From Pelagomonas calceolata (taxonomy: Eukaryota), in NCBI GenBank assembly GCA_918797485.1, contig CAKKNE010000004.1, forward strand, positions 868,001 through 932,000: DNA of 64,000 nt. The letters run 5' to 3'. The position numbers and the translations under genes are program-made. This document shows, one piece after another, positions 31,528 through 42,400 of this stretch; the first letter of the stretch is position 1; the number at the start of each line of letters is the position of its first letter. The notes beneath the pieces were generated by a model. It was given only the letters and a program-made list of their open reading frames with translations, was not told where the DNA came from and searched no databases.

Positions 31528-32955
31528 ATGCTCCGCAAAGCCCTCCTCGCCGCGCTCGTCGCCGCGGCCCAAGCTGCCTCGCTCACGTCCCTCAAGACCA
31601 CGGACGCCGACTTACTGAAGGAGGCGTTTTTTGGCGGCGACTGCTGGACCATCGCGTGCACTGATGTGCATGATAAGAAGACCGGCGCGAATCTGCTCGA
31701 GAAGGCCCTCGACGACGCGAAGGCAGCGAGTAGCTGTCGCGGGGCCTCGCTCCAGTGCGGGAAGAAACTGCCCTCCGGGAAGACGCCGCTCCAACGACTG
31801 GGCATCGAGCCGCCGAAGCAGAAGGGCCATCCCTTACTGATTTTATGCGTCAACGGCGAAGCAAGACCCCTGAACATGGACGAGTACGCGCGCGTCAAAG
31901 AGCAGAGCGCGACGCCCGACGCGCGCGTCCTCTCCAAAACGCTCGTCCAGGCGGGCCTCGCGCCGAAGCCGATCGTCGTGAACGACGATGCAGCGTTCAA
32001 CAGGCAGTGCGCCAACAAGCGCCACTGCCTCGTGGTAAGCTTCAATTCAACGACGAGCGACGTCAAGGCCTTCACGCGGGCGGCAGCTGCTGTTGCCGCT
32101 AAAAGACGCTTGCTGCGCGTCGTGCTGGTGGACGGGAAGCACGGCCACTTATCGCTGCAAAAGGCGCTGCCGGCAAACCCGGCGACCGCGCTCTACGCGC
32201 GGCGCCTCAACGCGAACGAGCAGGCCGCCCTCCAGGCCATCAGCGCCAAGGTCCCGAAGGCGAAAGGGGTTTCGAACGAGCTCCAGGCGTCGGCCTGCGG
32301 CGCGTCCGCGATCGCGGGGCGGGACGCGGAGTCTGCTCATCTCAATTTTGAGAGCAAGCTTATTGGGCCGCGCGATTGGCGGTCCCGTCAGGACGCGGCG
32401 GGGTTGGTCTTCCGGCGGGGCGACGCGTACCTGTCCTACGCGGCCGTGGCGCGGGGCCTCGCGGAGCGCGAACTCTTCGGCTCGGACGCGTCGTACGCGG
32501 CGGCGCATCCGTTGGTGCGGCTCGGCGACACGACCTACACGCACGGCGCCAAGGCGTTCCGCGGTGACGGGTTTGACAGTGCTGCCTTGGACGCGTGGCT
32601 CGGCCCGTTCCTCTCGACAGCGGCGGACGACCGCGCCTTCCTCCAGCTCGGCCTCACGGGCCTCGCGAAGCGCGTCAAGTTCAAGGCGACCTCCTCAAAA
32701 CGACCGACGCCGCGGCCGCGGCCGGCGCGCCGGCCCGCGCCGAAACCGAAGCGCCGCGGCGCCGTCGAGGAGCGCGACCGCCAAAAAGAACGCGCCGAGC
32801 GCGAGCGCGAGCGGCGGGAGCAGATGGACGCGGCGGGCGCGGACCTCTTCGAGACGGTCGAGGTCGGCGCGGACGGCGAGGCGACCGCGGTGGAGGAGGA
32901 GGACGACGACGACGAGGACGACGACGAGGAGGACGAGGACGTGGAGATGATCTAG
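31528..32955 (+). CDS. Secretory-pathway protein, possibly thioredoxin-like fold, with charged/acidic C-terminus
   Basis: Signal peptide MLRKALLAALVAAAQA; CANKRHC; acidic tail ending EDVEMI. Confidence 0.7.
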   Translation: MLRKALLAALVAAAQAASLTSLKTTDADLLKEAFFGGDCWTIACTDVHDKKTGANLLEKALDDAKAASSCRGASLQCGKKLPSGKTPLQRLGIEPPKQKGHPLLILCVNGEARPLNMDEYARVKEQSATPDARVLSKTLVQAGLAPKPIVVNDDAAFNRQCANKRHCLVVSFNSTTSDVKAFTRAAAAVAAKRRLLRVVLVDGKHGHLSLQKALPANPATALYARRLNANEQAALQAISAKVPKAKGVSNELQASACGASAIAGRDAESAHLNFESKLIGPRDWRSRQDAAGLVFRRGDAYLSYAAVARGLAERELFGSDASYAAAHPLVRLGDTTYTHGAKAFRGDGFDSAALDAWLGPFLSTAADDRAFLQLGLTGLAKRVKFKATSSKRPTPRPRPARRPAPKPKRRGAVEERDRQKERAERERERREQMDAAGADLFETVEVGADGEATAVEEEDDDDEDDDEEDEDVEMI

Positions 32956-33304
32956 TTGTGTGGTGTAATTAAACTTAGGAAGTGTCTCTCGCCGGCATTC
33001 TTGGCCCAATCTTGGGAGTGAGTCGCCGCCGCGTCCGCTCTCGTGCGGGTCCATTGTATGAGTTCCGGTGCGCTGCCGGGCCCGGACCTCCTGCGCGCGA
33101 TTCCTGGCGTGCTTTGAAGGGGGGGCTAGGGGGGCCTAGGGTAAGAGCTTGGAGGGGGGGGTCCGTCGATCCACAGCGCCCGAGCACTGCGATCTCGAGT
33201 ACAATCTGAGCTCAGGAGCGTTGCTCTGGTAGCGCTAATCCAGGAGGCAGCTTAAATTTCGCGAACAAGGCAGCCCCGGGAACGCGCAAGAAGGTTGGCA
33301 TACA

Positions 33305-36300
33305 ATGGGCGGCGGTGTCTCATCTCTCCCGGATGAGGTCTCGCTTGCCGAGGCAAAAGAGCTGGCGGGCGCCAGGTGGCAGCCCGCGTGGGAGGAGAAG
33401 TTCGCGGAAGCCAAGATCTCCAGGGACGAGGCGCTGCGATGCTGGACGGAGGCCAGCAGGGGCGCGGACGGCCCGGCGAGCAAGGGCGCGGGGCCGCCGG
33501 ACGAGAGGAAGAAGAAGAAGTCCGCCACCGCGAAAGCGCTATGGCAGAAAGGCGTCGCGAAGGTGGGCTGGATCGCGCACGCGAAGGCGCGGGCGGCGGC
33601 GATCGAGCGCGCCCAAAGGGCAGGCATTTCGGAGCAGCTCTACGAGAAGCTGCACGGCGTCGACCGCTCCGGTGTGGCGGAGGCGCTAGACTTTTCGGCC
33701 ATCATTGCGGAGAAGCGCGGGCAGCACCTGCCCGGCACGCGCGAGTGGGTCTTCGAGGCGGTCATGCGCTGGCGCACGGATCCGGAAGCTGCGAAGCTCT
33801 TCTGGCTCGTCGGTGGCGGCGGCACGGGCAAGAGCGTCGCCGCGGCCGAGTTGCTGGCACGGCTGCTCGACAAAGAAAACGTCGCGGCGTGGCATTTTTG
33901 CAAGCACACCGAGCCGGCGCGGTCCGCTCCAGCGGCGCTGTTGCGCTCCTTAGCCGGCATGCTTTGCGCAACGGTCGAGGGCTTCGAAGACGCCCTGCGC
34001 GAGGGCGGCGGCAGCGACAACGCGACGGACAAGGTCGACGAGCTCTTCCAGGCGCTGATCGCCGAGCCGCTGCAAAACGTCGGGGCGCCCCGCGGCGCGG
34101 ACGACGCCCTCGTATTGATTGTTGATGCGCTCGACGAGCTACCGCGCGACGCGCTGCAACCAGTGTTATCGCTGCTTGCGAACGAGCTCAAGACATTGCC
34201 GCCATGGATTAAACTCGTCGTGACGAGTCGTGATGAAGCTCAAATTAAAGCCAGGCTCTCATGCTTCACGCCGTCGGAGCTGCGCGTCGACGAGGCGCGG
34301 AACCGGCAGGACGTTCGCGCGTACCTGACGGTGCTCGCGAAGGAGCACGTGGAGCTCGAGGTAACGATGGAGTCGCTGCGGCACGAAGTCGAGGTTAAGT
34401 TTCCGGGCCTGAAGAATCTCGACACGTTCGCCGACCTCGAGGACCCGCTGCGCCGGTCGAAGGGCGCGTACGACGAGGCGGTCCGCGGCGTCGCCGGGAT
34501 CCACGAGCTCGAGAAGTATAAGGAGCGACGTCTTGACTTGATACAAGACGAGACTGAATTCGAGAAGCTGTACGCTGACGCAGCTCTGGCGCAGACGATC
34601 TTGATCGACGCACTGAAGACGCTCCCTGGCGACATCTCGGATCCGGGTGTGAAAGGGCGTGGATCCGCGGAGCGCAAGCTCGCGGACAAGTACACCGACA
34701 AGAATGGGGTGCCACATCCCGAGAAGTTTCGGGATCTAGCCCGCGCGACAGTCCTGTTCGAGAACGCCGCCGACCTTCTGAAGGTGCTGACTGAATTGGA
34801 CGGCGGCGGCCTCGGGCTGGAGATCGCTCAATTGAAAAACAAGTTTGCCAGCCCGACGCCGCTAGGCTACCGCGACATGAATTTGAACGTCAGCGTGCGC
34901 CTCGAGGACGGCCGAAAACATCTCGCCGAGGTTCAGCTGAATTTAAGGAGTGTCGCGGACGCGAAACATATCGCCCACGAGCAATACGAAGTTATTCGGC
35001 TCGCGTTGCCGAAGATGTGCGAGGGAACGAGCGTCAAGGCGACCGAGCTTGAGACGTTCATCGCCGAGCGCCTCAACTCGTCGGCGCTCGACGCGGCTGT
35101 CACTTCGCTCGAGCGGAAAGCTGGCGGGCTCATGCTCTACGCGCGCCTCATCGCGGACCAGCTCGCGTCCACGACGGGCAAGATCGACTTTGCGAGCGTC
35201 GGCGCGCTGCCGGCGGGCCTCGACGAGATCTACGCGGAGAACTTTCGGCGCGTGTTCAGTGATGATGGCACGTGGGGCGATGCGCTGCCGCTGGTGGAGC
35301 TCGTGTGTGCAGCGGCAGAGCCGCTCACCGTCGACGCGGCGAGTGGTGCGCTGGGCTGGGATCGAGCGCGGTGCAAGAAGGTCTGTGATAGCGTGTCGCT
35401 GCTGTTCCCGCTGCGCGAGGGCGAGGTGATCGGTGTGCTACATAAGACCGTGACGGACTGGCTGACCGGCGAGAAGCCGTTCGACAAGCGCTCTTCGAAG
35501 GACGCGTTCTTCGTCGCGCGGGACGCGGCGCACCGGCGGCTGGCGCGGGCGTGTGCGAGGGCAATTCGTACTGGGGTTCCGGATACGAAGTCGCACTCGA
35601 GCGACGCTGCCGCAGATGAGGTGCTCGCATCGTTTGTCGAGGGCGAGGGTGGCGTGGCATCAGATGCTTATGCGTTGCGTTGGAGCTTGTTTCATATGAA
35701 GCGATCGGGAAACGAGGGCGAGGCCGTCGCGGTCGCCTGCAGTCTGTCGTATGTGCTGAAGCGGAGTGACGGCGACATTGCTTCCTTTGTGGCGGACTTG
35801 CGTGCTCTGAAGGGTCAAGACACGCTGCTGCTGTCCGACACTTTGGTGTTGTCGCGGAACGCGCTCTCGCAGGGCACGGTGCTTGTCGAGCAGTTCTGGC
35901 AACGTCTGACGCCACGCGCCGATGCGGAATCGTCTCCTGCAGCGCGCCGCATGGCCGACGACGCGAAGCGAGTTGCGAGCAAGCTTCCGCTCTCGGCCGT
36001 GCGTCCGATGGGTCTGACGGCGGCAGGTGGGGCGGAGCGGTGTCGGATCGAGGCTCCGAGAGAAGTGAAGTGCTTGGCGACGTTCGTGGATCCGGCGACG
36101 GGCGAGCCGCGGGTTGCTTGTGGGACGGGCGATCACATGCGTGGCGACGTGCGCGTCTTCGACCCGATCACTGGTGGCGCTGCCTTGGTCGTGATTGATG
36201 TGGGCTCAGAGGTGAAAGCACTGGCGGTCTTCAAAGACGCGGCGACGGGCGAGCCGCGTTTGGCTTGTGGATTATTTTGGGATGGGAAGGTGCTCATCTT

Positions 36301-38815
36301 CGACCCGGTCGCCGGCGGCGAGGAGCTGGTCGTGATCGACATTGGCTCGGAGGTGTTTGCGCTGACGGTATTCACGGACAAGACAGGAGCACAGCGGCTC
36401 GCTTGTGGTGATGCGGACGGAAAGGTGCGCGTCTTCGATCTGGTCGCGGGAGGCGAGGCGCTGGTTGTGCTCGACTTGGACGACTCGGCGAGCGCATTGG
36501 CAGTCTTCACGGACCCGGCGACGGGCGCGCCGCGGCTCGCGTGCGCGTGGACGTCGGGAGAGAAGGTGCTTGTCTTCGACCCGGTCGCGGGCGGCAATGC
36601 GCTGTTCGTGCTAGATATTTGCTCTGATGGGCGGGCGATGGCGGTCGTCCGGGCGATGGCGGTCTTCAAGGAACCAGCGACGAGTGCGCTGAGGCTCGCG
36701 TGTGGCTCTGACGATGGGAAGGTGCGCATCTTCGATGCTGTCTCTGGCGGGGACGCGCTGCTCGTGCTCGACTTGGGGTTCCTAAGAGAAGAAGCGGTGT
36801 ACGCACTGGTCGTATTTAAAGACCTGGCGACGGGTGCGCCGCGGCTCACGAGCGGATCATACAGCGGAAAGGTGCGCGTCTTCGACCCGGTCGCGGGAGG
36901 CGAGGCGCTGGTCGTCCTCGTGGGGCACACAGACCAAGTATACGCTTTAACGGCCTTCGAGGACCCCGCGACGGGCGAACCGCGGCTCGTGAGCGGATCG
37001 GAAGACAATACCGCGCGAGTCTGGAACCCGGCGGCGAACGGCGCGGCGATCGAGGCGGAGCCCGAGGGGCACTCTGACGACGTGGGCGCCCTGGTGACCT
37101 TTGTGGAGCCGGCGACGGGTGTGCTGCGGGTCGCGACCGGGTCCAATGATGAGACGATTCGCGTGTGGAACGCGGAGACTGGCGGTGCACTGCTCGTGCT
37201 CGACGTTGGCTCGAACGTGAGTGCGCTGGCGCTTTTCGTGGACCCGGCGACGGGCGGGCCGCGGCTCGCTTGTGGTTGTGACGATAGGAAAGTGCGTGTC
37301 ATCGACCCGGTCGCTGGCGGCGAGGCGCTGCTCGTGATCGACGTGGGCGAGGAGGTGAACGCGCTGGCATTCTTCGCGGACCCGGCGACGGGCGCGCCGC
37401 GGCTCGCTTGTGGTTGTGACGATAGGAAAGTGCGTGTCATCGACCCGGTTGCTGGTGGTGAAGCGCTGCTCGTGATTGACGTTGACTCAAACGTGTACGC
37501 GCTGCTGGTCTTCGCGGACCCGGCGACAGGTGAATTTCGAATCGCTTGTGTAACCAGCTATTATGGGAAGGCTTGGGTGCGCATCTACAACCCGGTCTCG
37601 GGCGGCGAGGCACTAATCGTGATCGAGGTAGGCTCGATTGTGTGGGCGTTGACTGTTTTCGAAGCCCCGGCGACGGGCGCGCTTCGCCTCGCGAGCGGAT
37701 CGGACGAAAGGGACGGTTCCGTGCGCGTCTGGGACTTGGTCGCGGGCGGCGAGGTGCTGTTCGTGCTCAAGGGACACACATCCCGAATTGAAGCGCTGAC
37801 GACCTTCGCGGACCCGGCGACGGGCGAGACGCGGCTCGTGAGCGGGTCGAAGGACAAGACTTTGCGCGTGTGGGACGCAAACAAGGGTGGTGCGGCGCTG
37901 CGGGTGGTTGCTTTTGATGATTATGTGCGAGCTTTGGCGGTCAGGAGCGACACGAGCGGGCTCTTCGTAGCTTCCGGGAAGCGGTGGGGGGAGTTGCGCG
38001 TCAAGACCACCACCACGCCACTCACGCTAGCATGCTATCAGGGTGATGTCGCCGCAATAAGCGATCTTCTTCAGGAGGGCGCTGGCGTCGACCAGCAAGA
38101 TGATGACGGCTATACGCCACTGTTCGTCGCGAGTTTGAAAGGGCATGTCGACGCCGCGCGCTTGCTGCTTGATGCGGGTGCTACGGTCGATAAGAGGCGT
38201 GAGGGTGATTGGTCGCCGTTTGGTATTGCGTGCGTTCGTGGACATCTCGACGTCGCGACGCTGTTGGTGGAGCGAGGTGCAGCTGTCAATTTGTGCTTGG
38301 ATGGGGAGACGCCGCTTCTTGTTGCTTACCGGAAGGGGGGGCTCGATCTAATGCAGTTATGTCTCGAGCACGGCGCTGATGTGAATTTGGCCGACAAAGA
38401 GGGTACTACGGTTCTGTACGACGCATGCAAAAACGGTCACGTCGGCGCGGCGCGGTTGTTGCTGGACAAAGGAGCGGAGGTCGACCGTGCGGACGAGGAC
38501 GGCTTTACGCAGCTATGGAGAGCATGCAGGGGGGGTCACGTCGACGTGGCGCGGCTGTTGTTAGATAAAGGCGCGGATGTCGATCGGGCGGAGGAGGACG
38601 GATGGACGCCGCTGTTCACCGCCTGCTCGAACGGCCACGTCGAGGTGGCGCGGCTGTTGCTGGACAACGGTGCCGAAGCCGACCGCGTGCGCAACGACGG
38701 CGCGACACCACTCGGCGTGGCTTGCAAGAATGGGCATGGCGACGTCGAGCAATTGTTGCGGGCAAATGGGGCCCAAATCAACGAAGCTGGAGAAGACTCT
38801 GATTGTGATTACTAG
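33305..38815 (+). CDS. NLR-like STAND protein copy A: NACHT/NPHP3-type NTPase with inserted RelA/SpoT-like domain, 14 WD40-like blades, about 7-8 ankyrin repeats
   Basis: MGGGVSS start; GTREWV; Walker A GGGGTGKS (33812); Walker B LIVDALDE (34115); VTSR; RelA/SpoT motifs KGRGSAERK, DLAR, GYRD, EVQL; KAGGLMLYA; LPAGLDEIY; LHKTVTDWL; DPATG repeats; TPL..AC repeats. Confidence 0.9.
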   Translation: MGGGVSSLPDEVSLAEAKELAGARWQPAWEEKFAEAKISRDEALRCWTEASRGADGPASKGAGPPDERKKKKSATAKALWQKGVAKVGWIAHAKARAAAIERAQRAGISEQLYEKLHGVDRSGVAEALDFSAIIAEKRGQHLPGTREWVFEAVMRWRTDPEAAKLFWLVGGGGTGKSVAAAELLARLLDKENVAAWHFCKHTEPARSAPAALLRSLAGMLCATVEGFEDALREGGGSDNATDKVDELFQALIAEPLQNVGAPRGADDALVLIVDALDELPRDALQPVLSLLANELKTLPPWIKLVVTSRDEAQIKARLSCFTPSELRVDEARNRQDVRAYLTVLAKEHVELEVTMESLRHEVEVKFPGLKNLDTFADLEDPLRRSKGAYDEAVRGVAGIHELEKYKERRLDLIQDETEFEKLYADAALAQTILIDALKTLPGDISDPGVKGRGSAERKLADKYTDKNGVPHPEKFRDLARATVLFENAADLLKVLTELDGGGLGLEIAQLKNKFASPTPLGYRDMNLNVSVRLEDGRKHLAEVQLNLRSVADAKHIAHEQYEVIRLALPKMCEGTSVKATELETFIAERLNSSALDAAVTSLERKAGGLMLYARLIADQLASTTGKIDFASVGALPAGLDEIYAENFRRVFSDDGTWGDALPLVELVCAAAEPLTVDAASGALGWDRARCKKVCDSVSLLFPLREGEVIGVLHKTVTDWLTGEKPFDKRSSKDAFFVARDAAHRRLARACARAIRTGVPDTKSHSSDAAADEVLASFVEGEGGVASDAYALRWSLFHMKRSGNEGEAVAVACSLSYVLKRSDGDIASFVADLRALKGQDTLLLSDTLVLSRNALSQGTVLVEQFWQRLTPRADAESSPAARRMADDAKRVASKLPLSAVRPMGLTAAGGAERCRIEAPREVKCLATFVDPATGEPRVACGTGDHMRGDVRVFDPITGGAALVVIDVGSEVKALAVFKDAATGEPRLACGLFWDGKVLIFDPVAGGEELVVIDIGSEVFALTVFTDKTGAQRLACGDADGKVRVFDLVAGGEALVVLDLDDSASALAVFTDPATGAPRLACAWTSGEKVLVFDPVAGGNALFVLDICSDGRAMAVVRAMAVFKEPATSALRLACGSDDGKVRIFDAVSGGDALLVLDLGFLREEAVYALVVFKDLATGAPRLTSGSYSGKVRVFDPVAGGEALVVLVGHTDQVYALTAFEDPATGEPRLVSGSEDNTARVWNPAANGAAIEAEPEGHSDDVGALVTFVEPATGVLRVATGSNDETIRVWNAETGGALLVLDVGSNVSALALFVDPATGGPRLACGCDDRKVRVIDPVAGGEALLVIDVGEEVNALAFFADPATGAPRLACGCDDRKVRVIDPVAGGEALLVIDVDSNVYALLVFADPATGEFRIACVTSYYGKAWVRIYNPVSGGEALIVIEVGSIVWALTVFEAPATGALRLASGSDERDGSVRVWDLVAGGEVLFVLKGHTSRIEALTTFADPATGETRLVSGSKDKTLRVWDANKGGAALRVVAFDDYVRALAVRSDTSGLFVASGKRWGELRVKTTTTPLTLACYQGDVAAISDLLQEGAGVDQQDDDGYTPLFVASLKGHVDAARLLLDAGATVDKRREGDWSPFGIACVRGHLDVATLLVERGAAVNLCLDGETPLLVAYRKGGLDLMQLCLEHGADVNLADKEGTTVLYDACKNGHVGAARLLLDKGAEVDRADEDGFTQLWRACRGGHVDVARLLLDKGADVDRAEEDGWTPLFTACSNGHVEVARLLLDNGAEADRVRNDGATPLGVACKNGHGDVEQLLRANGAQINEAGEDSDCDY

Positions 38816-39007
38816 CTTCGTGCCTTTTAGGTGAGCCTGGTTTGGCTAAGTGTCATTTAAACCAGGGCGAGTCCGTGGCGGCGGCCCGATGGATAGAGTA
38901 GTAGCTAGTTACTCGGGTTTTGGGGACGCTAACCTAGCCCCTTGGGGATGTATGCGCTAGAACCAGGCCACTAAAGGTCCGGATCCGGCGTCTAGAGAGA
39001 AATCCGG

Positions 39008-39195
39008 CAAAAAGAACGCGCCGAGCGGGAGCGCGAGCGGCGGGAGCGGATGGACGCGGCGGGCGCGGACCTCTTCGAGACGGTCGAGGTCGGCGCGGAC
39101 GGCGAGGCGTCCATGGTGGAGGACGACGACGAGGAGGACGAGGACGAGGAGGACGAGGACGTGGAGATGATCTAGTGTGTGGTGTAATTAAACTT
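39008..39195 (+). pseudogene. Orphan duplicated 3' end of the 31528-32955 gene (duplication junction)
   Basis: Near-identical to 32782-32978, including gtggagatgatctag and the 3' flank, with indels; no 5' part present. Confidence 0.85.
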
Positions 39196-39416
39196 AGGGA
39201 GTGTTCTTTTGTCGGCACTCTTGGGAGTGAGTCGTCGCCGCCGGCCGCTCGGAACCATGTCGTGCGGGTCCGTCAATGCTGAAACCACCAGAAGAGCTAG
39301 CGCGCAGTGCCTGCGATCTGAGCTCAGGAGCGTTGCTCTGGTAGCGATAATCCAGTAGGCAGCTTAAATCTCGCGAACAAGGCAGCCCCGGGAACGCCCA
39401 AGAAGGTTGGCACACA

Positions 39417-42400
39417 ATGGGCGGCGGTGTATCATCTCTCCCGGCGGAGGTCTCACTTGCCGAGGCAAAAGAGCTGGCGGGCGCCAAGTGGCAGCCCGCC
39501 TGGGAGGAGAAGTTCGCGGAAGCCAAGATCTCTAAGGACGAGGCGCTGCGATGCTGGACGGAGGCCAGCAGGGGCGCGGACGGCCCGGCGAGCAAGGGCG
39601 CGGGGCCGCCGGACGAGAGGAAGAAGAAGAAGTCCGCCACCGCGAAAGCGCTATGGAAGAAGGGCGTCGCGAAGGTGGGCTGGATCGCGCACGCGAAGGC
39701 GCGGGCGGCGGCCGTCGAGCGCGCCCAAAGGGCAGGCATTTCGGAGCAGCTCTACGAGAAGCTCCACGGCGTCGACCGCTCTGGCGTGGCGGAAGCGCTG
39801 GACTTTTCGGCCATAATAGCCGAGAAACGCGGGCAGCACCTGCCCGGCACGCGCGAGTGGGTCTTCGAGGCGGTCATGCGCTGGCGCACGGATCCGGAAG
39901 CGGCGAAGCTCTTCTGGCTCGTCGGCGGCGGCGGCACGGGCAAGAGCGTCGCCGCGGCCGAGTTGCTGGCACGACTGCTCGACAAAGAAAACGTCGCGGC
40001 GTGGCACTTCTGCAAGCACACCGAGCCGGCGCGGTCCGCTCCAGCGGCGCTGTTGCGCTCCTTAGCCGGCATGCTTTGCGCAACGGTCGAGGGCTTCGAA
40101 GACGCCCTGCGCGAGGGCGGCGGCGGCGACAACGCGACGGACAAGGTCGACGAGCTCTTCCAGGCGCTGATCGCCGAGCCGCTGCAAAACGTCGAGGCAC
40201 CCCGCGACGCGGACGATGCTCTGGTGTTGATAGTCGACGCGCTCGATGAGCTACCGCGCGACGCTTTGCAGCCCGTGCTCTCTCTGCTCGCGAACGAGCT
40301 CAAGACGCTGCCGCCGTGGATCAAACTTGTCGTGACAAGCCGCGACGAAGCTCAAATTAAAGCGAGGCTCTCGTGTTTTACGCCGTCAGAGCTGCGAGTC
40401 GACGAGGCGCGGAACCGGCAGGACGTGAGGGCGTACCTGACGGTACTCGCGAAGGAGCACGTCGAGCTCGAGGTAACGATGGAGTCGCTACGGCACGAGG
40501 TCGAGGCGAAGTTCCCAGGCCTGAAGAATCTCGACACGTTCACGGATCTAGAGGACCCGCTGCGCCGGTCGAAGGGCGCGTACGACGAGGCGGTCCGCGG
40601 CGTCGCCGGGATCCGCGAGCTCGAGAAGTATGAAGAGCGACGTCTCGACTTGATACAAGACGAGACTGACTTCGACAAGCTCTACGCCGACGCATCGCTG
40701 GCGCAGACAATTTTAGTCGATGCGCTGAAGACGCTGCCGGGCGACGTTTCGGATCCGGGCGTGAAAGGGCGTGGATCCGCAGAAAGGAAGCTCGCGGACA
40801 AGTACACCGACAAGAATGGGGTGCCACATCCCGAGAAGTTTCGGGATCTAGCCCGCGCGACAGTCCTGTTCGAGAATGCAGCCGACCTACTGAAGGTGCT
40901 GACTGAATTGGACGGCGGCGGCCTTGGGCTGGAGATCGCGCAATTGAAAAACAAGTTTGCCAGCCCGACGCCGCTAGGCTACCGCGACATGAATTTGAAC
41001 GTCAGCGTGCGCCTCGAGGACGGCCGAAAACATCTCGCCGAGGTTCAGCTGAATTTAAGGAGTGTCGCGGACGCGAAACATATCGCCCACGAGCAATACG
41101 AAGTTATTCGGCTCGCGTTGCCGAAGATGTGCGAGGGAACGAGCGTCAAGGCGACCGAGCTTGAGACGTTCATCGCCGAGCGCCTCAACTCGTCGGCGCT
41201 CGACGCGGCTGTCACTTCGCTCGAGCGGAAAGCTGGCGGGCTCATGCTCTACGCGCGCCTCATCGCGGACCAGCTCGCGTCCACGACGGGCAAGATCGAC
41301 TTTGCGAGCGTCGGCGCGCTGCCGGCGGGCCTCGACGAGATCTACGCGGAGAACTTTCGACGCGTGTTTGTCGGTGATGATGCCTGGCGCGACGCGCTGC
41401 CGCTCATAGAATTAATCTGCGCTGCTGCAGAGCCGTTGACAATTGACGCTGCGAGTGGGGCACTCGGCTGGGATCGGGCTCGATGCGAGCGTCTCTGTGC
41501 TGAGGTATCGCTGCTGTTCCCGCTCCGCGAGGGCGAGGTGATTGGTGTGTTACATAAGACCGTGACGGACTGGCTGACGGGCGAGGCGCCCTTCGATAAG
41601 CGCTGTTCTGAGGACGCGTTCTTCGTCGCGCGGGACGCGGCGCACCGGCGACTGGCGCGGGCGTGTGCTCGGGCGGTTCGTGCTGGGGTTCTGGATACGG
41701 AGTCGCACTCGAGCGACGCGGCTGCTGATGCAACGCTCGTTTCATTCGTCGATGGCGAGAGCGGCGTGGCGGCGGATGCATATGCGTTGCGCTGGTGTTT
41801 GTTTCACATGAAACGGTCTTGTTCTGAGGGCGAGGCCGTCGCGGTCGCATGCAGCCTGTCGTACGTGCGGAAGCGGAGCGACTGCGACATTGTTTCCTTC
41901 GTGGCGGACTTGCGTGCTCTGAAGGGCCAGGATACACTGCTGCTGTCCGATGGATTGGTGTTGTCGCGGAACTTGCTATCACGGGGAGTGCCTCTCATAG
42001 AGCAGCTGTGGCAGCGGCTGGTACCTCGGGCGGATGCCGAGTCGGCCGCGGGTCGCCTGGCCGAGGATTTGCGGCGAGTCGCGAGCAAGCTGCCGCTCTC
42101 GGCCGTGAGGCCGATGGGCTTGACGGTGGCGGGTGGGGCGGAGCGGTGTCGGATCGAGGCTTCGGCTGAATGCTTGGCGACGTTCGTGGATCCGGCGACG
42201 GGAGAGCCGCGGGTTGCTTGCGCGTCTGGAAACGAGGTGAAAATCTATGATCCGGTCGCGGGTGGCGCGGCGTTGGTCGTGATTGATGTGGGCTCTTCTT
42301 TGGTGGTGAACCGCGAGTCCATGGCGGTCTTCAACGACCCGGCGACGGGTGAGCCGCGTTTGGCTTGTGGATGCTCATACAGCGGCAGCGGAAATATATA

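Noticed and set aside
36040..38000. Regularly spaced gacccggcgacgggc repeats as a CRISPR-like array
   Set aside because: They are in-frame WD40 coding repeats; the intervening sequences are homologous, not unique spacers
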